A stretch of 64,000 nucleotides of DNA from Octopus bimaculoides (taxonomy: Eukaryota): contig NC_068984.1 of NCBI RefSeq assembly GCF_001194135.2, forward strand, positions 83,425,337 through 83,489,336, read 5' to 3'. The notes beneath the pieces are model-generated. The model did not search any database. It saw only the letters and a program-made list of their open reading frames with translations, and had not been told where the DNA came from. Shown here one piece after another: positions 27,571 through 41,633 of the stretch; within the stretch, counting starts at the first letter, position 1, and every line of letters starts with the position of its first letter. A program made the translations under genes and the position numbers.

Positions 27571-27789
27571 AGGCGCGTGGCTTAGTGGTTAGGTGTGTCA
27601 GCATCATGATCGTAAGATTGTGGTTTCGATTCCTGGACCGGGCGACGCGTTGNNNNNNNNNNTCAGCTGGCAAAAATGAGTAACGCTGCGATGGACTGGC
27701 GTCCCGTCCAGCTGGGGAACACATACGTCATTGAAACCGGGAAACCGGGCCCATGAGCCTGGCTAGGCTTTAAAAGTGCGCAAGAAGAA

Positions 27790-27790
<1 letters not shown>
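27568..27790 (+). mobile_element. tRNA-derived SINE with related head and different body, interrupted by a short gap
   Basis: tggaggcgcgtggcttagtggttagg...ggtttcgattcctggaccggg, ending in a gaagaagaa tail. Confidence 0.7.
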
Positions 27791-27826
<36 letters not shown>

Positions 27827-28371
27827 TTAAAAACATATAAACAAACAGGAAACAGACATAGATGGTCACCAACTCCTCATCAGTTATCGGGCCAGGGGGT
27901 CAATCGCAATTTTTTGCCATGCAACGCTACGTACAGCAGAAAAAAATTTCTTATTTACAAGTACTATACATATATATGGTGTCTGCGTCTGCTCGCCATA
28001 CGATAGGCACCTAAAACAACGCAAGCATGGTATATGTTAACAAGTCATCCATAATTCTGTGTAACAGCATTGTGTGTGTGTGCGTGTGCGCGTGCGTTTG
28101 TGCTTGCGTGTGCGTGTGTGCGTGTGTGTATAACTTGTGCCTAGCTACGTTTCTGCCGCGTTACCCAGATGTGAAATAAATTTGGTACACAGAAAGTTAT
28201 AGTAGTTGATCTTCAGAGCTTGGTGAAGTGAGGCGCGTAAGAAACTAATCGTACTACACAAAAACACCGAACGATCAGCCCTCAATGCACTTGAACACAG
28301 AACCTATACATTTGTAGTATATTATCTTATTATGTTCACTCTCGCGTTTAAACTTTCTTTCGTATGTTGTC

Positions 28372-28442
<71 letters not shown>

Positions 28443-28929
28443 TACGTATGTATATGTTAAGTGGTATGCATTACATACACTTTAACATATTTGTGGCTCA
28501 CTTGATGTTCACTTACCAACAACCGTGGCGAGATCGACACTAGTTCTTCCAGACACCAAACTGAAGTGGATTTATGTGTTTGTTTTTTTGTATTTCATAG
28601 TTGTTATAGTTGTTGTTGCCACTGTCGCCGCCACCTTCCTCATCATTGTTATCGTCGTCGTTTCAACAGTTTCATGAGAGTTTCTACTGAGTTGCCAGGT
28701 GTGCCTCTGCGTTCCTAGGATGTGTGTGTGTGTAGGTGTGTGCGCGCGTGTGTGTGTGTGTAGGTAGTATTCGTTTTCTTTTGAGATGTAGAATTATGTT
28801 TGTAACCTACGAATTTAATTTGCTATATTTTGGTGTATGGTTTGTTGTTTCGGGCGAAAATTTTGGATTTCGTATAATTGTAAGAATATATGTGCAAAAT
28901 GTAAGTTGTGACTAATACACACACACACA

Positions 28930-28983
<54 letters not shown>

Positions 28984-29026
28984 CACACACATTCACATAT
29001 ACACACACACATGTATATATGTGTGC

Positions 29027-29094
<68 letters not shown>

Positions 29095-29116
29095 CTGTAC
29101 GTCTGTATGTTTGTGT

Positions 29117-29375
29117 GAAGGCGCATGGTTCAATGGTTAGATCGTCGGACCCAAAATCGTGAGGTTGTGAGTTCGATTTCCGGACCGCACTATGTGTTGT
29201 GTTCTTCTGCTTTATTTCACAATCAGTTGTAGAAGTGATTTGTGACGTCACTGGCGCCAAGCTGTATCGGCTTTTGCCTTTCCTTTGGACAACATCGGTG
29301 GCATGGAGAGGGCAGACTGGTATGCATGGGCGACTGCTGGTCTTCCACAAACAACCTTGCCCGGACTATGCTGTG
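29117..29375 (+). mobile_element. tRNA-derived SINE, diverged
   Basis: aggcgcatggttcaatggttag...gtgagttcgatttccggacc head. Confidence 0.6.
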
Positions 29376-29482
29376 TTAATAATGTGTTTTAGTGATGGAC
29401 CGTTTTCGTTTGAAATATATGTTGTGTGGAGGATTTATAAAGAGTATACGTCTTGGTAGTTGTTGAGATTTATATGTTGGAG

Positions 29483-29731
29483 CAGTGGTTCTCAACCATT
29501 TTTCTCTTATGGACCTCTTTGATTCTTCTTTTACTCGGGTGGACCCTCTCAGCCATTCGACGTTTAAAACAAAACTCATTGTATATTTATAATTAAACAT
29601 TATTAGGAACTGTATTAAAAAATTATCAAAATATTTTGTGCATTGTAGAAGTATTTATTAAGCATAATTTTTAATATAAAAGTCTTATGCGGACTCCGAA
29701 AGGTCATATGGGCTCCGGTTGAGAACCACTG
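29483..29731. mobile_element. hAT-type MITE with TIRs and 8-bp TSD
   Basis: TIRs CAGTGGTTCTCAACC / GGTTGAGAACCACTG. Flanks are TGTTGGAG / TGTTAGAG (7/8 identical). Confidence 0.85.
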
Positions 29732-29799
29732 TGTTAGAGCATTGAATGTCGATTATTCAAGAGTACGTATTGAGTAGTGATTACCGGGTAGTGATTAGT

Positions 29800-30443
29800 T
29801 CAGAGACGGTGGCGTGCATGGAAAGGTAAGCATGCAACACTACGTCCGGAGACAATAAAAAGTTGTCATGCAAAGCTGATGACCACGGGCTCATTGAACA
29901 CTGCAAGACGCGGTGGCCATCCAACCACATCCTGATCAGTGGAGAACGTGGCAACAGTGCAGGAAATGTTTAATCACAGCCCACAAAAATCAACACGTCA
30001 AGCAGCTCCTGAAAGTGGACTAACAAGACACGCATAAAGAACTGAATTTTCGTCCGTAGAAACCCCATTACGTGCAGGAGCTAAAACTTGAAGACTGTGA
30101 CCGCAGAAGTCCAGAACTCCAGAATTCCAAGAAGTCCAGATCTCACTCCATGTGATTTTTTTCCTGTGGAGTTAAACAAAAAAGGTGTACAAGACAAAAC
30201 CTTGCACACTGAAAGACTTGGCAACACAGATTCAGGAGGTTCTCAATATCCCAGACGACGTCCTTCAGAAGATTTTTCATTCCATGCCTGGCCCTTTGAG
30301 GAAATTTGTTGACCCCCACCGGTGCTTATGTTGAAATATGAAGATTTGCTTTCATTTTCCCATCTAATAAAGAATATGTTTGTAAAAGGAATTTGGACTT
30401 TATTGCAAATTTTTAATGCCTACTTACTTTAAACCCACCCTAT
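29800..30443 (+). mobile_element. Internally deleted Tc1/mariner-superfamily transposon remnant
   Basis: ENVATVQEMFNHSPQKSTRQAA (HTH), KPHYVQELKLEDCDRR and PRSPDLTPCDFF (catalytic D motif). Confidence 0.7.
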
Positions 30444-31639
30444 ATAATCCACATAGTAGGAGTATTGGTAGAGCTTCGGATAAGATACCTTGCGGAATTA
30501 AGTTACACTCTTTCACATTCTAAATTTACATCCTATTCAAGTTAACTTTGCGTTTTATCCTTCTCAGCTGGTTAAAATAATACCAGTCAAAAGTTCGGGA
30601 TCGATTAAATCAATGTTGTCCAACATACCGTATTAAAAAAAGCACCGTGTGATCACATACGTAAGTTTCAAATCGCAGGGCGGTGCAATGCCGGAATCGT
30701 TAGGGCATCGAATGAAGTATCAGATTTATTCTGTTTTTTTTGTTTTTTTTACATGCTGAATTTTAATCCCACCGAAGTCAACCTTGATTTTAATCCCTCT
30801 GGGATCGATAAGGTAAAGTATATAACCGACCAATCACCGCCACTACCCCTCGAAATAGCTGGCCATGCGCCTAAATTAAAAATAATTATTAAAAACACAG
30901 CCTTTTGGTCTATTTCAACAACCACCCCCACTTAACGATAGTTAGGTTTTTGCAGAAGGGTAAAATACTAGAAAATGTTTTGCTTTTTTCTATTTTCGCT
31001 CCTTCCAATTTACAGAACACAGAAAATATCACGAATGGGAAGTATAAACTGCCTGAAATGACAAATACACTATATATNNNNNNNNNNNNNNNNNNNNNNN
31101 NNNNNNNNNNNNNNNNNNNNNNNNNNNNNNNNNNNNNNNNNNNNNNNNNNNNNNNNNNNNNNNNNNNNNNNNNNNNNNNNNNNNNNNNNNNNNNNNNNNN
31201 NNNNNNNNNNNNNNNNNNNNNNNNNNNNNNNNNNNNNNNNNNNNNNNNNNNNNNNNNNNNNNNNNNNNNNNNNNNNNNNNNNNNNNNNNNNNNNNNNNNN
31301 NNNNNNNNNNNNNNNNNNNNNNNNNNNNNNNNNNNNNNNNNNNNNNNNNNNNNNNNNNNNNNNNNNNNNNNNNNNNACAAAACAAAACAAACACATACAC
31401 ACACATTTACACATGAGCATTCTTTGAGTTACGAAATTCCACGTTCCCGAAAGCCTCGCATAACGCTGAATTCGTGTAACGCGAAATCTATTTTTACACT
31501 GATTTCCATGCTGTATATTAACATGCATTCATACTGAAATATTTCTAAAGAAAAAATAATACAATAATAAGCAAACAGTACAACTACTTTTGTACATGAA
31601 ACTATTACTTTTTAAGCATACATAGTACAGTATGTATAC

Positions 31640-33250
31640 ATAAAACCATTGAAAAATAAATACACGAGGGAATAATTAAGAATACAGTAATATCGTAGTA
31701 CAGAAGTATCCACCGTAAATGATGTCGACTGCTGTGTGAGAGTTAATAGGAAGGAAGGAGGGTACAAACTTCTGCCTTGTAAGTTATCATCAGCATCTCT
31801 TTCAAGAGTGAAGAACTTCAAACTTGTTTAATGTTTAAACCGCACTATCTCTGTTCCTTCACCGTCAGTGAAGGAATAGAGCACATTATGAACTTCTCTT
31901 GTACTTTTCGTGCTACGTTTACTTTTAGGATCGTTATTAACAAAGACTTGTGGATTTTTCTCTATAAGTGCCGACCAGTTAGCTATATTCTTTGCAGTTA
32001 ACTGGAGTGGAGGGTACGGTACAGCTACATCTTCTTACCCTGCTGCTTACTTTTGTTCTAACTTCATCAGCTACTCTTTAGACACTTTCTGTACGGGGCC
32101 TTAAAAGTTAGCCATATCAGCTTCTACGACTTCTTGAAGCCCTACTTCAATTGATAGTCTCACAATATCTTGATGAACTTGGCGACACTTTTTACTGGAA
32201 AGTTATGGATACAGTCTGGCCATGTTTTTTTGCAAATACCATTTAGAGCTAAACGCTTTGCTTAATGTCAAAACTCGTGAGTATCTGTAAGGCTGGATTT
32301 CTTCCAGTAGTTCTCTAACTCTAGATTTATCTTCCCCATCAATTGCTTTTTCTAATTCTTTCTAAAATCCCCTCTGATAATAAACCTTGAAGTTAGCTAT
32401 TGTACATTGATCCATTGGTTGAAACAAAGAAGTTGTGTTCCTGAGGATATATTCTACTCTTAGATTATCAGAAAAATCACTCAAGTTGGTTAGGGGTTTG
32501 GTGAATTGTCTAAAAGAAGCAATGCTTATTTTGGAAATATTACACCTAGCCCTGTACAGTAAGACAACTGTAAGATTGTAAAGCAGTCTAGGAAAAAGCT
32601 AGTAGTCATTCAGACCCTTTTATTTAACACCAAATCATAGAGAGATAAAATTCATCCCGCCCCTTGATTGCTTTTGAGTTTTGGGAATGATATAAAAAAC
32701 GAGACTTTAATTTCATAACACCAGCAGTATTTCCTTCCACAGAAAACGTCAAACAGTTTTTGGAAGCTTTAAAACCTGAAATTTCACCTTCCACTTTCTG
32801 CAAAACGCCATACAAACTTTTAACTTTCGCTTGAATCATCGTGTTTCTCAGCACATTGCATCCATTCTGATCGTCGATTGAGACACTCAGTTTTAAGCAA
32901 CACTTCAAACAAAAATGAAAAATCAAATCTCAAGCTTCTAACGGATTAAATGCTTGAGCAGTTTCATTTTGTTTTTATCGTCACGTACTGTTCCTTCTAT
33001 AGACGTTGCAACCTTTTTATTTTTTATTTTTATATATTTTTAGTATGACTGAATTCTTCTATGTCAACCCATTGTAAAACATGAAATTTAATGTTCAGTA
33101 TAATTCCTTTACGACTCCTTTTCGCGCTACTGCCTTCACTTCCACTTGACAGTATCTTTCCAATCATCTTAAATAAGGGTAATATGTTATAATTTACGCA
33201 TTTGTGGTTAGATCTAACAGTACTGGTGACAAATAAAATTAACACCAAAT
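31640..33250 (-). mobile_element. Decayed pogo/Tigger DNA transposon
   Basis: SSGSEGSSAKRSRKGI (CENP-B-type N-terminus), IDDQN...MIQAKVKSLY...FKASK and GNTAGVMKLK...YHSQNSKAIKG (DDE_1 region). It carries many stops and frameshifts. Confidence 0.7.
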
Positions 33251-33739
33251 AGAAAAACAGTTGAATCCGAGAAAAGCAGAGATGTTCTGGAACAGCAAAA
33301 AGTAATAGCCTTATTAATTCGGGCGAAAAATATAAATGAGAAAGTGAAAGAGATGAAGATATGGAGTGGGAGAAAGTTCTGTTTGATTGGATTTTACAAT
33401 AAGATACAGGTCAGTTGAATTGATATATACACAAAAACGGTGAGTGGTACAAAACAAGGGCGATAGAGGCTTGCAAGTATATCGAGCTCAATGAAAAACA
33501 AGATCAGTTGAATTGGTCCACAGACATCAGACAATGTGGGAGCGGAAGAGGGAGCATGTATATGCTGGTGACATTTTCAAAAATACGTATCATGAGTTTA
33601 ATCTTTAAAATCATTCAGATTTATCTGAGTTCCGATTTGCAGGCCGTATCTCGAAATTCAGGACATACACACACACATATATGTATGTATGTATTTATGT
33701 ATGTATGTACAGCCACATAAAGAAGTGCTAATCTCTAAA

Positions 33740-33890
33740 TGTAGAGGGAGCTTGTGGGAGAGGAAGACCTACGAATACGTGAGACGAAGTGGTGAACAAT
33801 GGTCTTCAGGTATTGAGCCTCACAGAGGAGATGACAAAGGACTGAGACAATTGGCGATTTGCTATACTTCAGAAGACCCGTCCGGCTAAG
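33740..33890 (+). mobile_element. RTE-like LINE ORF 3' end
   Basis: VEGACGRGRPTNT*DEVVNNGLQVLSLTEEMTKD*DNWRFAILQKTR. Confidence 0.6.
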
Positions 33891-34254
33891 TAAAGTGGAG
33901 GAAGGTAAAGGCAAGCCGTTTATGTCCAGGCCCCCGCACTCGACCTGTCCCCGCTGAAAAACATCTCTTCCGCATCCCATCTGCCTAACACCTTCTCCCC
34001 TACACCCAACCCGTGTTCACCACTTGCTGTATTCCTTAACCTTCTACCCTCCAATCTCTGTCGAATTTCTTCGTCACAACACATCCCTCCTTACAGCCCC
34101 CTCCCTCTATTTGTGCCCGCTCACTACATCCCTCTCCCTGCTCCCCCATATCCCACTCTTCTTTTGCAATCTCACCCTATCCTCTCCCTGATCCACTTCA
34201 CTATATACTCCTCCCTTAACTTGAGTGTATACCCCGTTACATCTTCACCAACTA

Positions 34255-34300
<46 letters not shown>

Positions 34301-34499
34301 GCTCTCTTTCACTCTCCTCTCTCTCTCCCTCTCTCACTTCTCTCTCTCTTCTCTCTCCCTCTATCTCTCCATTCTCTCTGTCCTCTCTTTATACATTCTC
34401 TTACCAGCTGAGTAGCTATGTATCTCCTCTACTGCAATATATGTATTTCTGTCCCTCTGCGCATACTCAAACTTCTCAACACCTGGCTCAAAGCCACCT

Positions 34500-34725
34500 C
34501 CCTCAATACTACTCCCCTCTCAGTAGAGGTGTCTTGTGTTGCAAGTTACCGCTGCTGGTGCCACGTTAAAGGTACCCGGCACACTTTGTACGGTGGTTGG
34601 CGCTAGGAATGGCATCCGGATGTAGAAACCATGGCAAAACGGATTGTGTCCTCTGACTTTCCAGTTCCTATCGAACCGTTTAACCCATGCCAGCGTGAAT
34701 AAAGGACGTTAAGTAATGATGAAGA
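34500..34725 (+). mobile_element. RTE-related SINE / 3' UTR with (TGA)n-like tail
   Basis: ggttggcgctaggaatggcatcc...aacccatgccagc...ggacgttaagtaatgatgaagatga. Confidence 0.5.
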
Positions 34726-34874
34726 TGATTAAATATGTGTGTGTGTGTGTGTGTATACAGATATACATGTATATATATATATATATATACATATATATAT
34801 ACATATATATACATATATATATACATACATATATATACATATATATATATACATACATATATATATATATATCC

Positions 34875-35030
34875 GACGAGTTTCTTTCAGTTGCCGCCTA
34901 CCAAATCCACTCACAAGGATGTGGTCGACCCGAGGCTATAGTGGAGGACACTCACCCAAGGTGCCACACAGTGGAACTGAACCCGGAACCATGTGGTTGG
35001 GAAATAAACTTCTTACCACACAGCCACACC
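34875..35030 (-). mobile_element. tRNA-like SINE 5' portion, with other copies at 24840-24980, 26160-26305 and 45010-45130
   Basis: Shared ttctttcagtt.ccg.ctaccaaatccactcacaagg...gcccaagg...ccatgtggttggga.a.aaacttcttaccacac. Confidence 0.65.
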
Positions 35031-35629
35031 AGCCTGATTGTGTGATTGTGTGATTGTGTGCATTTATGATTTGTTTGTTGGTACATTTGTGTCTACGTTC
35101 GTGTCAGTGTTTATGCCTTTTGTTTTAACACAGATGCTCTGTCAACAAAAATATGTCTAACTAACCGATTCTGTAAAAGTAAATCAATAACATAAATACT
35201 GGACTCCATATGATCGACTAAAACTTTATATGATGGTATTCATCCCAGCATGATCTCAGTTCAATGACGGAAACCAGTAGAATAGAAGTATGTATAATCA
35301 CTCAATTCCTACATGGGATAGTAGTCCGGCAGGATCGTCAGAGCGTCACGCAAAAAGGAAAAACAACAAAAAAAAAACAAAAAAAAAAAGCTTGTGCCAA
35401 ATCTTGACATTCGTAATTTAAACACGCTGAGTTAAATTTTTTCTTCCATGTTTCCGAGGTTCATAAAATACAGTAGCAATCAAAAGTACTGGACTCGGAG
35501 TAAATGACCGCCAGTCTATGCTAACATGACCTGGTCTATGATGATAAACTAGACTTCAAATCCCCGACCAGCTGTAGAATTTGGGATGATGTACACTATC
35601 GTCATATCAATATCATCTACGTCTGGGAT

Positions 35630-35830
35630 GGTGGACTAGCAGAATCGTTAGCACGCCGGACAAACTGTTTAGCGGTATCTCGTCCGTCTTCATGTTCTGG
35701 GTTCAAATTCCGCCGAGGTCGACTTTGTCTTTCATCCTTTCGGAGTCGATAAAGTGAGTACCAGTTGAGCACCAGTACTCGACGTAATTCACTCGAAATT
35801 TCTAGACTTGTAATCAAAATTTGAAATCAG
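35630..35830 (+). mobile_element. GGCAGAATCGTTAGC-family SINE
   Basis: Close match to the family core. Confidence 0.8.
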
Positions 35831-35997
35831 TATTTATCTACGTATAAAACACTCTTTAGTACAAAAAGCTTATAATTCATTCACACGTTCCCTCTCTACC
35901 GCTCTTTCTCTCTCAAAACGCCGGCATCATTACGAGATTATGCAAAAAGGAAACACGGAAGAGCTTCTACCTATACACCCATGTACAGGAATACATA

Positions 35998-36131
<134 letters not shown>

Positions 36132-36611
36132 CGTGCGCGTGTGTCTGCATCTATGAAGATATCTATCATTACAAAGCGTTATACATTGAAAAAAACACAA
36201 GCAGAAATATGAGATCGTGGGACAAGCACACACACAAACACACAGGCGCAGATACACACACGTATACCAGCGCAGAGATGCAGGACATCCGTTCCAAGTA
36301 GTGTTTGAGATGGTTTGGGATGGTTATTTTAGCTATGACTATAAATAACTAAAAATATACAGCTGTCACACATTCACACACACACGTGTGTGTGTGTGTA
36401 CATACATTTATATCTACATATTTATACATATATATATATATATATAATTAACATAATATGGTAAAAATTCGATATTAATTAATATCAATTTAATACCAGG
36501 AAACTAGCACATTAAAAGAATCAGAAGGTTCATGAAAAATTTTTTTTCGAGATCCTAAAAAGATTATAGTACTTGTGTATATAAGATTGACCAGTGACCG
36601 GTCTGTCAATA

Positions 36612-36700
36612 TGCTAGAAGCTCACTTTAAAAATTCTCAAATACGGATTCAGCGGAGCAAATCCGTATTTGAGAATTTTTTAAGTGAGCTTCTTCTAGCA
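36612..36700. repeat. Near-perfect ~37-bp inverted repeat with 10-nt loop
   Basis: TGCTAGAAGCTCACTTTAAAAATTCTCAAATACGGATT / AATCCGTATTTGAGAATTTTTTAAGTGAGCTTCTTCTAGCA: one mismatch and one 3-nt indel. Confidence 0.85.
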
Positions 36701-37849
36701 NNNNNNNNNNNNNNNNNNNNNNNNNNNNNNNNNNNNNNNNNNNNNNNNNNNNNNNNNNNNNNNNNNNNNNNNNNNNNNNNNNNNNNNNNNNNNNNNNNNN
36801 NNNNNNNNNNNNNNNNNNNNNNNNNNNNNNNNNNNNNNNNNNNNNNNNNNNNNNNNNNNNNNNNNNNNNNNNNNNNNNNNNNNNNNNNNNNNNNNNNNNN
36901 NNNNNNNNNNNNNNNNNNNNNNNNNNNNNNNNNNNNNNNNNNNNNNNNNNNNNNNNNNNNNNNNNNNNNNNNNNNNNNNNNNNNNNNNNNNNNNNNNNNN
37001 NNNNNNNNNNNNNNNNNNNNNNNNNNNNNNNNNNNNNNNNNNNNNNNNNNNNNNNNNNNNNNNNNNNNNNNNNNNNNNNNNNNNNNNNNNNNNNNNNNNN
37101 NNNNNNNNNNNNNNNNNNNNNNNNNNNNNNNNNNNNNNNNNNNNNNNNNNNNNNNNNNNNNNNNNNNNNNNNNNNNNNNNNNNNNNNNNNNNNNNNNNNN
37201 NNNNNNNNNNNNNNNNNNNNNNNNNNNNNNNNNNNNNNNNNNNNNNNNNNNNNNNNNNNNNNNNNNNNNNNNNNNNNNNNNNNNNNNNNNNNNNNNNNNN
37301 NNNNNNNNNNNNNNNNNNNNNNNNNNNNNNNNNNNNNNNNNNNNNNNNNNNNNNNNNNNNNNNNNNNNNNNNNNNNNNNNNNNNNNNNNNNNNNNNNNNN
37401 NNNNNNNNNNNNNNNNNNNNNNNNNNNNNNNNNNNNNNNNNNNNNNNNNNNNNNNNNNNNNNNNNNNNNNNNNNNNNNNNNNNNNNNNNNNNNNNNNNNN
37501 NNNNNNNNNNNNNNNNNNNNNNNNNNNNNNNNNNNNNNNNNNNNNNNNNNNNNNNNNNNNNNNNNNNNNNNNNNNNNNNNNNNNNNNNATATAGTCAATT
37601 CAAACATGAACAAACAAGAAAAAACACGGAAAAAAAACACGAGAAGACAACGCGAGTACGTGGAATAAGTACGGTGATATTGGACGCTCAGGAAAGGATA
37701 CATACATATATACATTTCGTATATACATATATGCACATACGCACAAATGCACGTTCGTGTGTGGGTGTGGGTGTGCGTGTGTGTGCAGTTGTATAGACGT
37801 CTTTATTTTCTTTGTATATAAATATTCATATTCCGTTATTCATATGCAT

Positions 37850-38200
37850 AGACAGACAGACAGACAGACAGATAGATACATACATACATACATACATACA
37901 CACATATATACATACATACATACATGCATACATACATACATACATACATACATACATACATGCATGCATACACACACATACATACATACATACATACACG
38001 CATGCATGCATGCATACATACNNNNNNNNNNATGCATGCATACACACACATACATACATACATACATACACGCATGCATGCATGCATACATACATACATA
38101 CATACATGCGCACATACATACATACATACATACATACATACATACATACATACATACATACATACATACATACATACATGCATATATACATACATACATA
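37850..38200. repeat. (GACA)n/(TACA)n/(TGCA)n compound microsatellite
   Basis: Direct inspection. Confidence 0.9.
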
Positions 38201-38799
38201 TAAAGATACATACATATTTACGCTCGGCTTAAAACCGCCACTGAGATCTTGTGTGCCTTTAGCATCCCAAGATTCCTGTCCGCGAAAAGTTCCTTTCCTT
38301 CTGTCACAAATCTCAGAGGCTGCTGAGCAAAGAACATGTGGAGGAGGGGCTAGTTTTCCCCCGAAGCATAGATATACGCACACACATATATACATGTGTG
38401 TGTGTGTGTGTTTAATAAACACGCGCGCGCACACACCGACACACAAACACACATGTTTAACTTTGCACCATGGGACTCGCAAATTCAGCAGATGTCGATT
38501 AGAGATCACAAAAATTATGGCACCTTCCAACAGTATCACTTCCTCTTCCAATTCCAAGCAAAATTGATGCTACAAGAAAATTCACGGGCCCTACATTACA
38601 GCATACTATACCTAAGTACACTCGTTATCCATACAACTGGCGTTGGATTGGATCGGATTGCTCGTGTTCAGTCCACTGCAGGACAAGGACCTCGTCATGT
38701 TCTCTACACTAACCACGGTCCGATGTGGAGGCCGTGAATTAAAACTTGATATCATGCTAGTTTGATGACCCTATTCTGCTAACCTGGCTCGACATTGCT

Positions 38800-39500
38800 T
38801 GGTAGATAGAAGCCTTCTCTACACTCATACAACGAGCAAACTAAACTAAGTTATAGTCAGCTTCAACTACTCTGACAGTCATCAACTATTTTGTTTTACT
38901 ACTCGTTCAGTTCTTCACTCCTAGATTTCTCGTATGTCCCCGAGTACTCAAGTTCAAGTTCTGCTGACAGCATCTTTGCCCTTCACCGTTTCTAGGTCGA
39001 TAAAAAGCGGTGGATTAGCAAAACTTTAAGAACTTGCAGTGTTCGTTTCGGATCTTTGTGTTCCGAGATCAGATTTCACCCTTGCCTACATGGGTGGTAA
39101 ACTTAGTACGTCGCCCAGTTTAACCAACCCTACGTGGCACCTTAGATACTTCTGGTTGAATCTACACTGTTGCCAGTATTTGGGTCAGCTCTCCGGATTA
39201 GGGATACTGCCCTCCATCTGAAAGCCTTGTAAAAGTTCATAGACATTGCCTTCCCTCCTAACAATAAAATTAAAATAATATCCACGATAAGGCATTCTCT
39301 GTATCCCTCTGTAAATTCATAAATCACTGCTCTTTTATCCTTTCAAGCCGGACATGTGGATCTAGCTACATATCCACGATATTCCATTTCTACAGGAAGC
39401 ACAAGCCGAAGCCTTTTCTTCTATAACTTTCAAAGTCCCTCGTATTCGAGCCTTTTTTTTTTTTTCATCCCTACCAATTATTAGCTTTTCAAGAAGCCGC
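38800..39500 (-). mobile_element. Possible decayed Penelope-like fragment
   Basis: Weak frameshifted motifs (CASCRN..., SLIRR) loosely resemble the GIY-YIG region at 61.5-61.8 kb. A similar tgtgcttcctgta segment occurs near 6230-6260. Confidence 0.3.
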
Positions 39501-39623
39501 CAAATCAAAATCAGGACCATGTCATAATAAACAGGGCGTTGCTTCGCTATTGCAATATGACGTGCGTACGTGCATAAGTGTATATAATATGTATGTGTGT
39601 ACATGCACATATGTGCATGATTA

Positions 39624-39701
<78 letters not shown>

Positions 39702-39794
39702 TACATACGTACATACATACAAACAAATATATATACATACATACATACATGCACGCATATACACATATATGTATATATTACATATTACATAGAC

Positions 39795-39840
<46 letters not shown>

Positions 39841-40273
39841 GTTGTAGTTATTCTTATCTCCAGTTCAGCCACGGTCGAGCAGGCCAATAATCAAACTCAT
39901 TCTAGTCGTGACTATCCCGTCTCTTCAGACCATTTATCTCAAGTTACGATATCCACGTTATCCAATATGTCCCATTTTTAAAAGATAGATTCGATAACGT
40001 GGATAAAGGACTGTAAGTCAGACTTATGGTTTAAATGAGATTTTGTTGCTATTTCTAGCATGTCTCGAAACCACGTTGTTGAACTAAACTTCTACTCGTT
40101 AGTCAGAAAGGGCAACCACGAACCATTGCTATATTCAGATGAATATGCAATTGGATATGGCATAGCGAAATCTGCAACCTGGAGGATGTATGTGTTTGAG
40201 TGTCTGAGTTACATATGTGTCTCTTACGTAATGTGATCTATTTATACACCAAAAAATGGTAAAAGACTGAACA

Positions 40274-40317
<44 letters not shown>

Positions 40318-40327
40318 NNNNNNNNNN

Positions 40328-40367
<40 letters not shown>

Positions 40368-40561
40368 GCACGCACATTCACATGCATGGATATGTAAGTA
40401 CATCATATATAAGTGTGTGCATGTGTATATATGTGTATATATATATTTATAGATACATATACATATATATATATATATATATATGTATACATATATATGT
40501 AAGTGTGTATATATATATATATACTTATAAATATATATGCCTACATGCATACATGTGTATT

Positions 40562-40595
<34 letters not shown>

Positions 40596-40661
40596 GCATG
40601 GATACATATGTATTTTATATGTGTGTGTATGTATATATATATATATATATATATAAGCATA

Positions 40662-40872
40662 CGAGGGTGGGATTGTAAAGTTTCTCGCATGCCTCGAAAG
40701 ACCTGACTGGAGGCCCAACCTTCCGAGTTCTTTTACAGGGCTTAGGAAAACAGAAGGACCGCTGTAATAGGTGTGTGAATCTGAGAGGGGAATATTTTGA
40801 ATAGAATTGCAATTAACTGATTCTCCTATATTTTTTTTACCAAAAGCCAGAAAATCTTCAGCACCCCCCTCG
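40662..40872. mobile_element. Short mariner-type MITE
   Basis: Imperfect TIRs CGAGGGTGGGATTGTAAAGTTTCTCGC / GCCAGAAAATCTTCAGCACCCCCCTCG in a TA-rich context. Confidence 0.55.
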
Positions 40873-40904
40873 TGTATAAATATATATATATATATATATA
40901 TATG

Positions 40905-40936
<32 letters not shown>

Positions 40937-41067
40937 TGCATATGTATATATGTATGTATGTATGTATGTATGTGTGTGTATGTTTCGTGTATATGTATAT
41001 ATATTCACATGTGAGTATATATATATTTATATTTATATATCACACATGTACACACACACACACACAG

Positions 41068-41107
<40 letters not shown>

Positions 41108-41278
41108 ACGCATACATATAACACGGAAAGAGAGAGAGAAAACGAAAGAGAGAATATTCCTTAACGTAACTAAGAGAGGGGAGAATCGTCTTTTGCTAAA
41201 TTTAGCCGAACATAGAATACTATCAGACAAGAGAAACGTGATAATGTTNNNNNNNNNNGTGTGTGTGTGTGTGTGTGT

Positions 41279-41321
<43 letters not shown>

Positions 41322-41627
41322 TGTTTTTACTTGTCTGTGCCTGTGTATATGTGAATCTATAAAGAGGAAAAGAGGGAGACATAGATAGATAAAATTTACA
41401 CACACACACATATATGCATGCAATTACACATATACACACCCAAACGCGCGCGTACATGCACGCATAGACACACACAGACATACACACACATATATACACA
41501 CGCACATGCGTGTGTGTGTGCGTGAATGTGTGTGTGTGTGTGTGTGCGTGAGTATGCGTGTACAATGCACGAATGCATGAGTAAAACATTTCTTGTTATG
41601 CAGGCTAAAAAATTGATAAAATGTCAG

Positions 41628-41633
41628 TCTTAC
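41628..41633 (-). promoter_or_regulatory. 5' splice donor of the intron following the claudin-like exon
   Basis: Minus strand reads GAG|GTAAGA, immediately after the ECL1-coding region. Confidence 0.8.

Noticed and set aside
28517-28560. 44-nt minus-strand segment with AG...GTAAGT boundaries, open in phase 1 (VWCLEELVSISPRLL), as possible exon 2 of the claudin-like gene
   Set aside because: It has no hydrophobic TM2, the acceptor is weak and there is no family resemblance. Only RNA-seq could rescue it.
31755-31800. CTGATGA followed by a 5-bp stem on the minus strand
   Set aside because: The stem is followed by GTAC rather than GAAA, and it lies within the pogo/Tigger fossil.
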